A DNA stretch of 64,000 nt from Lingula anatina. Taxonomy: Eukaryota; Animalia; Brachiopoda. The notes beneath the pieces are model-generated. The model was not told where the DNA came from and searched no databases. It saw only the letters and a list, made by a program, of their open reading frames with translations. Location: assembly GCA_051362555.1 (NCBI GenBank), contig CM120642.1, positions 26,970,001 through 27,034,000 on the forward strand. The letters are read 5' to 3'. Every line of letters begins with the position of its first letter. The stretch's first letter is position 1. Both the position numbers and the translations under genes were made by a program. Positions 23,401 to 34,647 of the stretch are shown piece after piece.

Positions 23401-26400
23401 GTGAGTGAGAAAAAGACATCAGGTAACAGGTATATGTTTTATAATCAAAGCAGATTTTATTGAAATATCCTTGAAATATTTTAGGTACAATATACCATTA
23501 ACAGTCTTAAAATTTATAACTGAAAAATTATCAACTGAAAAAGACAGTATGATGCTTTTTAATTATTTAATGATGACTTGCTTAGTCATTGGTTATTTTG
23601 GCATATTTTAAAGGTATAAATCTGTCTACATTGCGTCCTCTTCATTATCAGAAAGATGAAGATCTCCAGGAGAAGGAATCAGATGAAGTGACCGCCAAGT
23701 CCATCTTGCCAGAGATCGTCCAGCTGGACAGGTGTCAGAAAGAGCTGCAGGAGCTGGAGAGGAAGATTGGCCAGCAGATGGCCAAAATGGGAACAACTGG
23801 TCAGTGACTACTTAGAAAGTTTTCTCCTTTGGTTAATGTAAACATATTATGAACCCCCCCCCCTAAAAATTTATTTAATTATATTTTAAAGATGTGTTAG
23901 CCCATTATGTGATATGAGCAAGTTTTTTCATGGAGGTGGTAAATTTGTGGTAAATGGTTTGATGTTTATTTTCTAAAGATTTGGACAAATGTTTGTTTCC
24001 TCAACTTAAACAGATATAGTAAAAGCCCATTAAGTGATATCAAGAAGTTTTTTCATTGAGGTGGTAAATACTTTGTCATTCCATTTCAGATTCTAGTCGA
24101 ACCATGCAGCAAGTCAATAATGAGAAAGAGGAAGCACAAATGCAGCTGTAAGGAACATATTCATAAAAGATTTATAAATATTAAATTGAAAAAATGGAAC
24201 CCAATAGATAAAATCTTCTCATCATGGCACAGATGCAAGACCTATTACTGTGACGTAATTATATGAAACAGTGGAATATTTTTTTATGTATTTTATTAAA
24301 ATATTGTCTGCTTTCTGGCAATGGTGCTTGTTTGCTACCATCAAGTGGGTATTTAGTGCCACAATTTGAGTTGTTCTAATGTCAAATGCTTTTGAAAAAC
24401 ATAAGACTATTACATTTTAAACAAACAACATAATTCTGCATGTTCGGTATAAAGTATACTCATCAGTAGATTTACTTAAATAATTTTTCTCACAGGGACA
24501 CGGTCAACAGGACCCTTGACCACAAGAGACAAAAGCTGTCTGACCACTCAGAGCAGCTTCAGCAGCTCAAGTCTAGCATCAATGAGCTCAAGGGAGAGAA
24601 GCTGCAGATAGAGAGAGACCTGCAACAGAGGTTAAAGCTGGAGGAGAGGAGGGCAGAGCTTGCAAGTGCCAATCAAGCAGCTGAAAGAGAAATCAAGGTA
24701 AGGGAGGGCAGAGTTATGAAATGTCAATCAAGCAGCTGATAGATGAATTGAGTTAAGGGTGGGTGGAGTTTCGTAATGTCAGTCAAGCAGTTGATAGAGA
24801 AATTGAGTTAGAGGAGGAGGGTTGGTGGGTGGATATCCGTGTCTAGGACAGATTAAAAAAATTATAAGTATTGAATGTGGCATGAAATATTGGTGGAGAA
24901 ATAGTGGAAAGTACTAGCGATGATAAGGGTCTAATGTTAAGAATGGCCTGTCATACCCCTATTAGTTGCTTATAACTTGTTTGATCTGGGAATAGTTAAT
25001 TTACACAGTAAATCTGTACCACTGCATGTAGCCATTTCTCATTATCTTTTTTAGGAAGCAAGGAACCAACTTCAGCCACTGATGGTGAGTATAAACATAT
25101 AAGTAGAGAACTTCCATGGTATAAACAAAAACAACATTGAATATAGAGTATGTGTGTTTGTAAAGTATCTGCTGAAGAGCACACTTAATATGACAAAATA
25201 AAATGCACTTTAGTCTTTTTTTCTGAATTAACACTTGATTTTTGTGCCTAAACTGTTTTATTATAGAGCCAGTTGGAAAAATATCGTAAAGACAAAGATG
25301 AGATAACCAGACAAAAGGAAGAGAAAAATGAAGAAAAATCAAGAGAGGTGAGCAGTAAATGGCGAGTTTTCTGTATTCTACAGAAATAAGATTATAGAAA
25401 GATTATAGAAGCGGTAACATTTGACAAATACCACTTTCTCATGTGAAGTTGTATATGGATTCCTTTCGTCACTCCCCTAAATAACTATCTTCATTTTGTA
25501 AGACCTGTATACGAACTTTTTTTACATTTTTTTTCAGGCAAGAACATTAGAAGATAAAAGAGGAAATGTGAAATCAATACAGAAAGAAATTGTGAGGTAT
25601 GAAAAGAATTGGTAAATTCTATGCATTGTTGGCATCCTTTTTTGTTATACTTTGGCCACAGTAACATGTCATCTTCAAGATGAAAAAGTGACAATTTTTG
25701 TTATTTCTAAGTTATACAAGATAAATGGTTTGGATACATACATATGTTTTTTAATGCAGAAAAACAAGTAACATTGTTCAATGTACTTATATTGATTTAA
25801 AGCCAAGAAGCAGCTTTATACAGTATAACTCCTCAACACTCTTTTTATTTAATTATAGATACAGTATTATAGATACTGAATTTTCAGTAATGATGAAATG
25901 TATATCAGGTGTCTTATTGCTTCAAATTAAAGTTGGCATGTAGCATATTTAAATGTGGGCGTGCCTTAAACAATCAGGTACACACAGGAGGGGTTGGATA
26001 GAGCACTTAATGACACAGAAATCAAGCTGGCAGACATACAGGAAAAATTGGGAAGTGCACAGCAAGAACAGGAAAGTCTGAATGGAAAAATCAATAAAAT
26101 AAAGGAAGATTTGACAACACAGCAGGTATCATTGTGTTTTGTTTTCTGTTATTTATTTATTTTTTGTTTAAATTTTATTACGCCTCTCTTCATTCTTAGG
26201 GCAACAGTCAGGGAAAGGTCACAGGTTTAATAGACACATTCATGGATGTGATTTTTCCAACTCTTGACAGATTTCTGGCTTTTTGAGAGCCAAATATAAC
26301 ATTGACCTAGGCTGCCCCCTGGACTTCAGTTTTTCACTAAATGGCAGTCTCATCCCTGCATATTGCAATATGATACCAAATTTGATTTTTGTCAAAAATT

Positions 26401-29400
26401 AAGTAAAGTTGCACCTATTTGTCATCCTGAGTTTCATGGTTTATTTGAATCTATCTGGATTATCAGTGTGATATTTCTTGGTAGGTTAAAGAACGAGAAC
26501 TGAATGACAATCTGAGTTTAAGAAACAAGGAGGATGAAATAACTACTGTAACAGTGAAGATTGAAGAACTGAGAGAACAGCTTGGAGGCCTAGATGCTAC
26601 AAACCTGGAAAGAGAGAGAAGGAAGTTGAATGAGGAATATGAAACTTTAACAAAAGAGGTGGAACTTGTTTTTTCAGTCTTCATTGTTTTATGTTGAATC
26701 AGAACATTTAAAAATTTTCTCTATTGAAATGAAGTGCCAAGAGGTCATTCAAATTTTTAGCTATTAAACATTGTGACAGTTGCTATCTTGGTGCAGTCAA
26801 GAAAGTTAAGTTTTCTCTTTTTCGATGTTTTCAAGATTGTTTGATGACTTTTCCAGAAACACCAGAAGGAAGGCAGACAGCATGGCCTGGAGGAGCAGAT
26901 CCGTCAGTTCAGGAGGGAATTGAAGGATGATATGTACAAAGATGCTGATGTCAAGTACAGAGACAAGATGATTGTTTTGAGAGTAAGCAAAAAGAAGTGT
27001 TCATAGTTTGAGTTTTGTAGATGGCATAGAATACATTATTGGAATTAAACACACCACGAAGGCAGGGGTTTTCTACATTTAGAGCTAGAACAAGTTATGA
27101 GTAATCATTACCTTGTTTATTTAAAATCATTCTGAATTTGAAATTTTATTTTAAATTATATTTAAAATCCACTCTAAAAGATCTGTCAGTATAGCAGTAT
27201 GTTGTTCACTAGTGTGTTCTTCAGAGATATTATTCTGATATCTGTAACATAACTTCAACAGTTGTATCCTTTTTGTTCACAGACCACAGAATTGGCCAAT
27301 CTAGATCTGGAAAAGTATTACATGGCTTTGGACAGGTAAATCTAAGAGCTGATGTAATTTTCACAAGATATGAAGTTATTTGTGTAAATTCTTTTTCTCA
27401 AGATTAAATTCTTTTTCTTAAAGAGATGTTTCACTTTAAATCTAGGCATTGTTTTGATCAGCACATTTGAGAAACAAATCTGATCAGAGCACAATAAAGT
27501 TTAATGCAGTTCGAGATGAGAGATCAATTTTACATCTGTCTATCTGGCTTTATTTAGTATATACATCACATTTTACAAGCCAAATGAAATCTGCCTAGAT
27601 ATTAAAGGCAGAGACCACTGTTTTGTGGCTTTTAATACTGTTTTTTTTTTTTTTTTTTTTTTTTTTTTTCGGTTGTTACCTTAATAGCCAGATTAACAGT
27701 TGACAGGTGCTTATTTAACAGCAACCTTATTTTTACATGTTTTAATGGGAAAAAAATAATGCATGATATCTTTTAGTTCTCCTCTATCTTATGACTAGAA
27801 TCACATTTATACTTTTGTAGGGCCATTATGAGTTACCACAAATCCAAGATGGAGGAACTGAATAAAATAATCAGGGAGCTGTGGAGAACTACATACAGAG
27901 GGACAGGTAAGAAGATTATAATGCTTGAAAACACTTAAAAAATTTCTCTCTTTTGAGAAAAATTCTTGTGGTAACATCTTGTAAATAGACAAGCTTATTT
28001 ATTTTTCATGAGCCAAAAAAATGACAATGTTTAAACTAAAAAAGAAACGTGTTTATTTCATTTTAGACTTTGAAGGCACAATTCCAGAGACGTTTTAAAG
28101 GTGTTCTTAAACCCTTATGTATAATTCTGGTAATGATAAATTTACTTTTTACTTTTCTTCAGACATAGAAACAATTGAAATTCGCTCTGAGGATGATGGC
28201 ACTGGTATCAGCAAGAGCAAGAGAAGCTATAACTACAGGGTGGTCATGATCAAAGGGGGCACTCCTATTGACATGAGAGGGCGCTGCAGTGCAGGGCAGA
28301 AGGTAAAATATATGAAAGTAGTGCCTCTAGAAACAAAATTCGCCAGGGAGAAATTAAGGCAATCCTTTGGGTCTTCTTAAGACAACAGATATTTTCCTGT
28401 AGGTTTCTTTTATGATACAAAATAGCTGCTCTGAGTTCTGAAGTGAATCCAGGGGTATGTCAGCCATGACTGGACTTTATATCTTTTATTATTAATAAAA
28501 GAAGAAAAAAAAAGGAGGTTACCTTCTTACCACTATTACTGTTTAAGACTTTTCTATTTTCATTAAAAATTACTTGTTTTATGTGTCTTTGTTATTTTAT
28601 TTATATTAGAATTGAATAGTATGATTTATTTACACAAAAAATCTGCTTCATAGTCATATAGTATTTCTTTAAGTAAGTCAAGAAAATGTTTTGTACCAAT
28701 GGATCTATGCTGCTTCTCTTGTGCCTTCAAAAAATTATATTATTGAAATGAAATTATGTATATATTGACTTGCCCTATTTTCCCTTAATTCTAGGTGCTA
28801 GCATCTCTCCTAATTCGGCTGGCTCTGGCAGAGACGTTCTGTATTAACTGTGGCATTCTGGCCCTGGATGAACCCACCACTAACCTGGACAGAGCCAATA
28901 TTGAGAGCCTGGCATATGCTTTAGTAGAGTATGTTAAGTTATAAAAATAATTATTATTATTATTTTGTAACTAAAAGTTTGGTGTTACTGTTACGATACT
29001 AAAAGTAAGTGTAATTCTGAAAGTGATATTGAATACAAAAAAATAGATTCTAAAATATATATTAGAACTTGTAAAACTTATAAGCTTAGTTGATAAAATT
29101 ATGAAATTGTTTAAGGCATGTTAACATTGAAGATGGGTGGACTTATATGCAGGCTTTCTGCTAAAACACCTTTCAGCACAGGGAGCAAATGTAATCATTC
29201 AGTTCTCTGAAGTTATACGTACTGTGCCCAAAGATTGTTGTGGCATTGGGTAGAAAAACAGAGAAGGGTTGTCCTCTCATCCTGTCTAATATGAAATACA
29301 GATGTCATTTGCACTTCGACATTAAAATTGGACACATTTTTGAAGAACCAGAAATTAACTGTTTTTACATCACATCATATGATATTATAACTAATTTAGT

Positions 29401-30302
29401 TGTGTTTCTACTTCAGAATCATCAAGTCCCGCTGTAGTCAGAGGAACTTCCAGCTGGTGGTGATCACTCATGATGAAGATTTTGTCTCACTGTTGGGAAA
29501 ATGTGGCTATGTGGGGGAGATTTATAGAATAAAGAAAAATGAGCAGTAAGTTTATTAATAATAATAATAATAATAATTTTTAAAGTTGCACGATTAGTGT
29601 CTCTGTTTTACTTGCATAAAATTTGACATCAAGAATCATAGATGTGAACCTTATGATTAAATGACTACAAATTTATGTCAGATTACAATTATTTTTAATG
29701 TTATGGATATTTTGTGTTAATATCCTATTAGATTACCCTTTATTTGGAAGATTGTCTCCACAACACAGCATAACATACATTATATGCATTTTATATGTTA
29801 CTTTTCCATGCTTGAATTTTACTTTGCACTTTTTGTAATGTTGGAATAGTATGCCAAATTGTTCACTATGTTAACCTCTTGGTTACTTAATCATATTTGT
29901 GGGTTACATTGTACATCTCATTCTTTATCCTGTGATGTTACTTGAAACACCCCTCATTACAACACTTAATGGGCCCATAGCCAGCAATTGCAAAGAGGGT
30001 GTTCTTTTCCTAAAAAGTGTGCTTTTTACCATAAAACCTTTGTGTTACAGTACTTAGAGCAAATTTTACCTAGAGCAGACCATTTTCTGCAAAATAGGGT
30101 GGTTCATTCGAACCTCTCCAAACCTCAACCCTCCCCCACCTTGGCTACGGGGCTGCTTAACTAGTACCACATTTGATCATGCAAAAAAAAAGGGAGAGAG
30201 AGAGAATATCAAAATTAAAAAAAAGAAGGTTGAAGGTGTGTTTTTGTTTCTTTCAGGGGTAACTCTACCATTGCCAAAGCTTTAGTGAGAGATTTAATGT
30301 GA
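13592..30302 (+). CDS. RAD50: DNA repair protein RAD50 (about 39 coding exons)
   Basis: [16 protein letters not shown]; Walker A GDNGTGKT; [13 protein letters not shown]; zinc hook CPLC (~22004); signature [10 protein letters not shown]; Walker [12 protein letters not shown]; H-loop VITHDEDF. First exon 13592-13720, last exon 30257-30302 (stop TGA). Exon phases are consistent wherever checked. Confidence 0.98.
14411..14463. repeat. (ATT)n microsatellite in a RAD50 intron
   Basis: Direct run. Confidence 0.98.
14699..14805. repeat. Degenerate (TGGTA)n pentanucleotide repeat
   Basis: About 20 imperfect TGGTA units. Confidence 0.93.
24651..24815 (+). repeat. 55-bp tandem triplication spanning a RAD50 exon 3' end and its donor site
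   Basis: Units start at 24651, 24706 and 24761 (GGGCAGAG...TCAAGCAGCTGA...GAAAT). Only unit 1 keeps AAG|GTAAG. Confidence 0.88.
29970..30155. mobile_element. Degraded 5-bp-TSD MITE in the last RAD50 intron
   Basis: Ends TGGGCCCATAGCCA / TGGCTACGGGGCTG, with CTTAA at 29965-29969 and 30156-30160. Confidence 0.65.
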
Positions 30303-30394
30303 AAGGTGACTAAGACCTTACCTCTATACTCTGTGGACTTACCTACCCCAGTATACACCGTAGTGCCAAATATCTGTAAGAAGTCTGCTTCTAA

Positions 30395-30575
30395 CAGTAC
30401 CACCAGAGCTTACTAGGAGGATATTTATTTTTTACATGGACATGGAATAATTTTTACAACGTGTATTATCTTAGCAGTACCACCACAGCTTCGTGGAAGG
30501 TTTCTTTTTCATGGACATGGAATAAGCTATACAGCATGTATTAAAATGTCTAATCCAGTATTATCACAGCTTTAT
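30395..30575. repeat. Degenerate ~80-bp tandem repeat in the RAD50 3' region
   Basis: CAGTACCACCA...CATGGACATGGAATAA at 30395 and 30475, with a partial third copy near 30556. Confidence 0.75.
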
Positions 30576-31557
30576 GAAAAGACATCATGATGGCGATTTG
30601 TGTTCATTAAATTTTTTTCTGTAAGACACATTGCCATAAGGTGCTATAGTCATCATTTTCTTAGCATGTTCAAATGTTTTAGAAATATACCATAAAGGTG
30701 GCTGTTTTATATACAGATACTGATATAAAATGTTGCTAAACAGTCCTCAACAAAGTGCTCATTTAGAGCTTCCAAATGAAAACGATAGGAATAAACTCTA
30801 CTACCTGCACAAGTTCATAGTCATCATCAGGCAATGATGTTGTATAGAAGATTGCAAGTTAAAAGATGGTGTAGACGAGTACAAAGGCGTTTAACGCTGC
30901 ACTTGCGGCTACGAAGAATACTTGGAAATTTTGTCAAGCAGAAGCCAACTTGTTCATCTCATTTAGTTAAGCAAAAAAAAAAACTTTCAAGTTTAAGTTT
31001 TATTCGTGATAGAATTTTTGTTTTCATACGAAAATGTATGTTAATCCATTTTCCTTGAATAAAATGCTTGAAAGAAGAGTTTTCATAACATGCCTTTTTT
31101 AATAAGACATTTTTTCTCGTTTTTTGTCATGGAGATTTAGAACCGTTTCTCATATGTGAGCTTCCGTGTGTGGATCCAAATGTTTATTTACAAACTGCAT
31201 AAAGTGGATTGAAGATGAAATTACATCAAATAACTTGTCAGAAAATAAATAAAATGCCCCAACTACCTGTCGATCCGTAGCACATAAAAACCGTGTTTGT
31301 AACAGATCCAAGTGATTGACACCTGTAACTGTTAATTGCAAACAGATCCATGATAACCCATGAAAACTTTGATTGTTACACATATATGGTGTGAGCTGCC
31401 AAGAAGTGACAACTGATTAAAACTTAATGCTTGTTTAACACATTTTTATTTGACCTATTTCAACGATATGTGTGCATGTGTTATATGAGATATTTGAGCA
31501 GTTTTCTCAATAATATACTGTATTCAACGGAAAATCGAATTCTGTTGCATGTGTACG

Positions 31558-31687
31558 CAGGCCTGTAGCCTGGAAAAAGGTCCACTCTGGGTAAAATTTG
31601 ACCTAGGTACATGGGGATTATATGGTAAAAGGTCCACTTTTTCAGAAAAAGAACCCCCCCCCTTTCAAATTGCTGGCTACAGGTCTG
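31558..31687. mobile_element. 130-bp MITE with 13-bp TIR and 5-bp TSD
   Basis: CAGGCCTGTAGCC / GGCTACAGGTCTG, with GTACG duplicated at 31553-31557 and 31688-31692. Confidence 0.88.
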
Positions 31688-33033
31688 GTACGTGTAGTCT
31701 GGGCTCTCCGTGATAGCGATTGATGCATGATGATAGTCCTACCCCGATACCTACTGCTTTGTGCTGGGATTTTAAGTCCCTTATCCCTGGGTTTAACCGA
31801 TCTTCGTCCCTACCCTTGTCAGTTGCAAGCGTTTAAAATTGAATCCACATTTACATGTAGGGCCCATCCATTGTTCGATGGGTCCTAGTTCGAAGTGAAC
31901 TTGTCTGATAATACTGGGAATATATCCGGGTTGTCTTTAAATTATGAAACTGCTTTGTGAGTCATCTCATTTTATGTGCTTTTAAAGGCGACACTCAAAT
32001 AAAACGCTGTTTTAACGTAATTTAGGCGCAATAACGACGCAACAAAAGCGGGCTAGCTGCTGGGTGAAAACTCAAAGACCCTTCAGATAAATGGTGCCAT
32101 CGTCATCTTTATTATTTAAACAGTGTCCAATGGGGGCTTGTCGTTGAGCTTAAGTCCCAAAGATCTTATCAGAATTTGCACAGCGACAAAGGCGCTTGTT
32201 CCCATTACCTGCATTTTGATTTTCCGACAACGATAAGCGCACCTTTATTAAGAAGTTATCTTTGGTTTGGTTACAATGGTGATTAGAGCGAGTTAGCGCT
32301 TTGTCCCCACAATCGCTAAAATATCACGCGCCCAAGACGCACGGGGGTTCTTGTATCGTCACTGAATCGTAATGCCATCTCTGACACCCCGCTGCACTGA
32401 CGGGAGGCAGCCAGTGTCATTACCAATATGAATGAATTTGTTGATCAGACCTTCACAAATAAGGTACAGATCAAAGAAAGAAATAAAGAAAAGCGAGAAA
32501 CACATTTTACTACAGGTAAAAATAGGCTTGACAAATTCTCTGCCGGACAAATGCCGCGCCACCAAAGACCTACAAGAATGTTGGATCGTATCGTACACAA
32601 GACTGAGAAGCAAAAATAGATGAATAACTAACCTTGTACGTAGATATGCAAATAGCTACAATTAGCAGTAAAAAGATGATTGATTAGATAAACGAAATTT
32701 AAAAATGGGAAAACTGTAATAAATGTACAGATTTGCATATAGGAGAAACGTGAACCTATACAAAAACATTTATCTGTGTCTAACACTGCTCCCGTAGTTT
32801 GTTGTAATAATTTTATTTATTCCTATTTTACCAATACCTAACCATTAGAAACCGTAAGACCCCAGAGGAAAAGGAAAGTACATGTATCTGAAATTCAATA
32901 AAAGAAATAGAGTGAAAACACCATACCTACTGAGATAGTGCAATATATTCTGAATGTAAAATTGGATCCAGAAACAAAACATTAAACCCTTTTATTATCT
33001 ATCATGTAAACCGCCTTTTATTATCTATCATGG

Positions 33034-33079
<46 letters not shown>

Positions 33080-34328
33080 GATTTTCAATTTCTGAGACTT
33101 CGCTCAAATTAACAAACACAGATATTATTATTTTTTCTTAGAAGAACTTTCAAACCTGTAGATATGCGCTTACACTTGAAAACCCGAAATAAAGAAAGCA
33201 TGCAGCGCTTTTCAAATACAGTGACGCCTGAGCGATTATTTTATCTAGTTGAATGAACAAGATAACCCCTAACCTGCTGTCAATTATAAGGTCTCTTTAC
33301 AGCCATCTTTAGGAATAGGTATTATAGATGGAGATGAAAACATTACATTACCTATGGAGATTTTTGCTTGTAGCAAATATTACATAACCGGACGAGAAAG
33401 AAAGGAAGAGACTACGTGACAGCGATTTCCTTGCCGAGGCACGACAGATATTAATCTTTCCGGCTTTTGGTCTTAGCTTATTGCCGAAACGAAACATGCT
33501 ATTGTTTTTCGCTACGTACACTAGAAGCTAGCAAGTTGTATAACTAGTTGAATAATTAATGCAACCTTGAACAACTGACAAAAAAGATCCGTTTAAACCT
33601 TTACATTCCACAAGATATCTATATATATATATATATGATAAAAAATGTATGAATGAATGAATGAATAAAAACAGACAGCAGACTTTACCTTTCACATGAG
33701 AGTTGTAATTATAGGCTACATGTAGACCCATAACGTCTCAGGGAAGCCATAGGGCCTATATAAAGCTTAATCTACTTATTAAACCTTATTCCAAAGACAT
33801 TGTCATTGAATTAAACATAGTTATTGGCAACACGTAAAAAATATTTGAAATGCGACTCATCAGTTTTTGGGAAAATGTTTTCTTTTATTAGACACGTATA
33901 ATATTGTAAAAGCGAAGAACGTCAAATGCAATAATTGGGAATATTATTTCCTTTATGGAATGTCAGGAAAATAATTATCTATTCGAAAAATGATTTAAAT
34001 CCGCCTATACTTTCTTCTCATTTTATAATTTGTATTTTTAATTAATTAATTAATTAATTAATTAATTTTTCATTGGGGTGTCTATTAATTAGGCCCTATT
34101 TCTTATCTGCATGATTCAAAGGCCGACTTCACCCACTCCCAACCACCCACACGCATAATTGCAATAATTAGCTCCTAGAGCAAAAAAAATCAATTTTAGG
34201 TGACTGCATTTGCAATTCAACCACACAGATGAGTATTGTAAGAATTATCAATGAAAATCGAATTGTCAAAATAAAATAAATATATTTTCACTTTTTCAGT
34301 TTCTAGTCTTAGTTTTGCTAAATTGTTA

Positions 34329-34433
34329 TTTCGCGCTGGGTCAAAGCGAGGCAGTGAGTTGTTGTTTGCTTTGCCATGTGACCAGAATGCAAAAATTTGA
34401 TTGGACGACCCGGGGCCTCGCGGGGAATTTAAC
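34329..34433 (+). promoter_or_regulatory. Cyclin A cell-cycle promoter: E2F site, inverted CCAAT box and CDE/CHR-like element
   Basis: TTTCGCGC at 34329-34336, ATTGG at 34400-34404, and TCGCGGGGAATTTAA at 34418-34432, all about 220-320 bp upstream of the ATG. Confidence 0.55.
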
Positions 34434-34647
34434 GATTCGACTTCAGTATAGAAGAAACCAGCTGTGGATGTGGATGCAAGCTGGAATTTGAGCAGCTATT
34501 TTATCGTTTTACAGGGCTCATAGCCGGCTGAATTTTAGCCCTTGCTTTTACTTATTTGTATCTTTTACGCAAACCGTAAAGCATTTTACTCTTTCTTCTT
34601 AAGCCGTTTTTAAAAGAGACTTGGAAAAAAACCGGTGGATATTCAAC

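Noticed and set aside
32259-32281. TCTTTGGTT matching the miR-9 5' end
   Set aside because: The sequence diverges after 9 nt and no complementary star arm is visible.
33026-33076. Long poly-T run (also 27640-27669) as a retroposon tail
   Set aside because: No adjacent SINE/LINE body or target-site duplication was recognisable.
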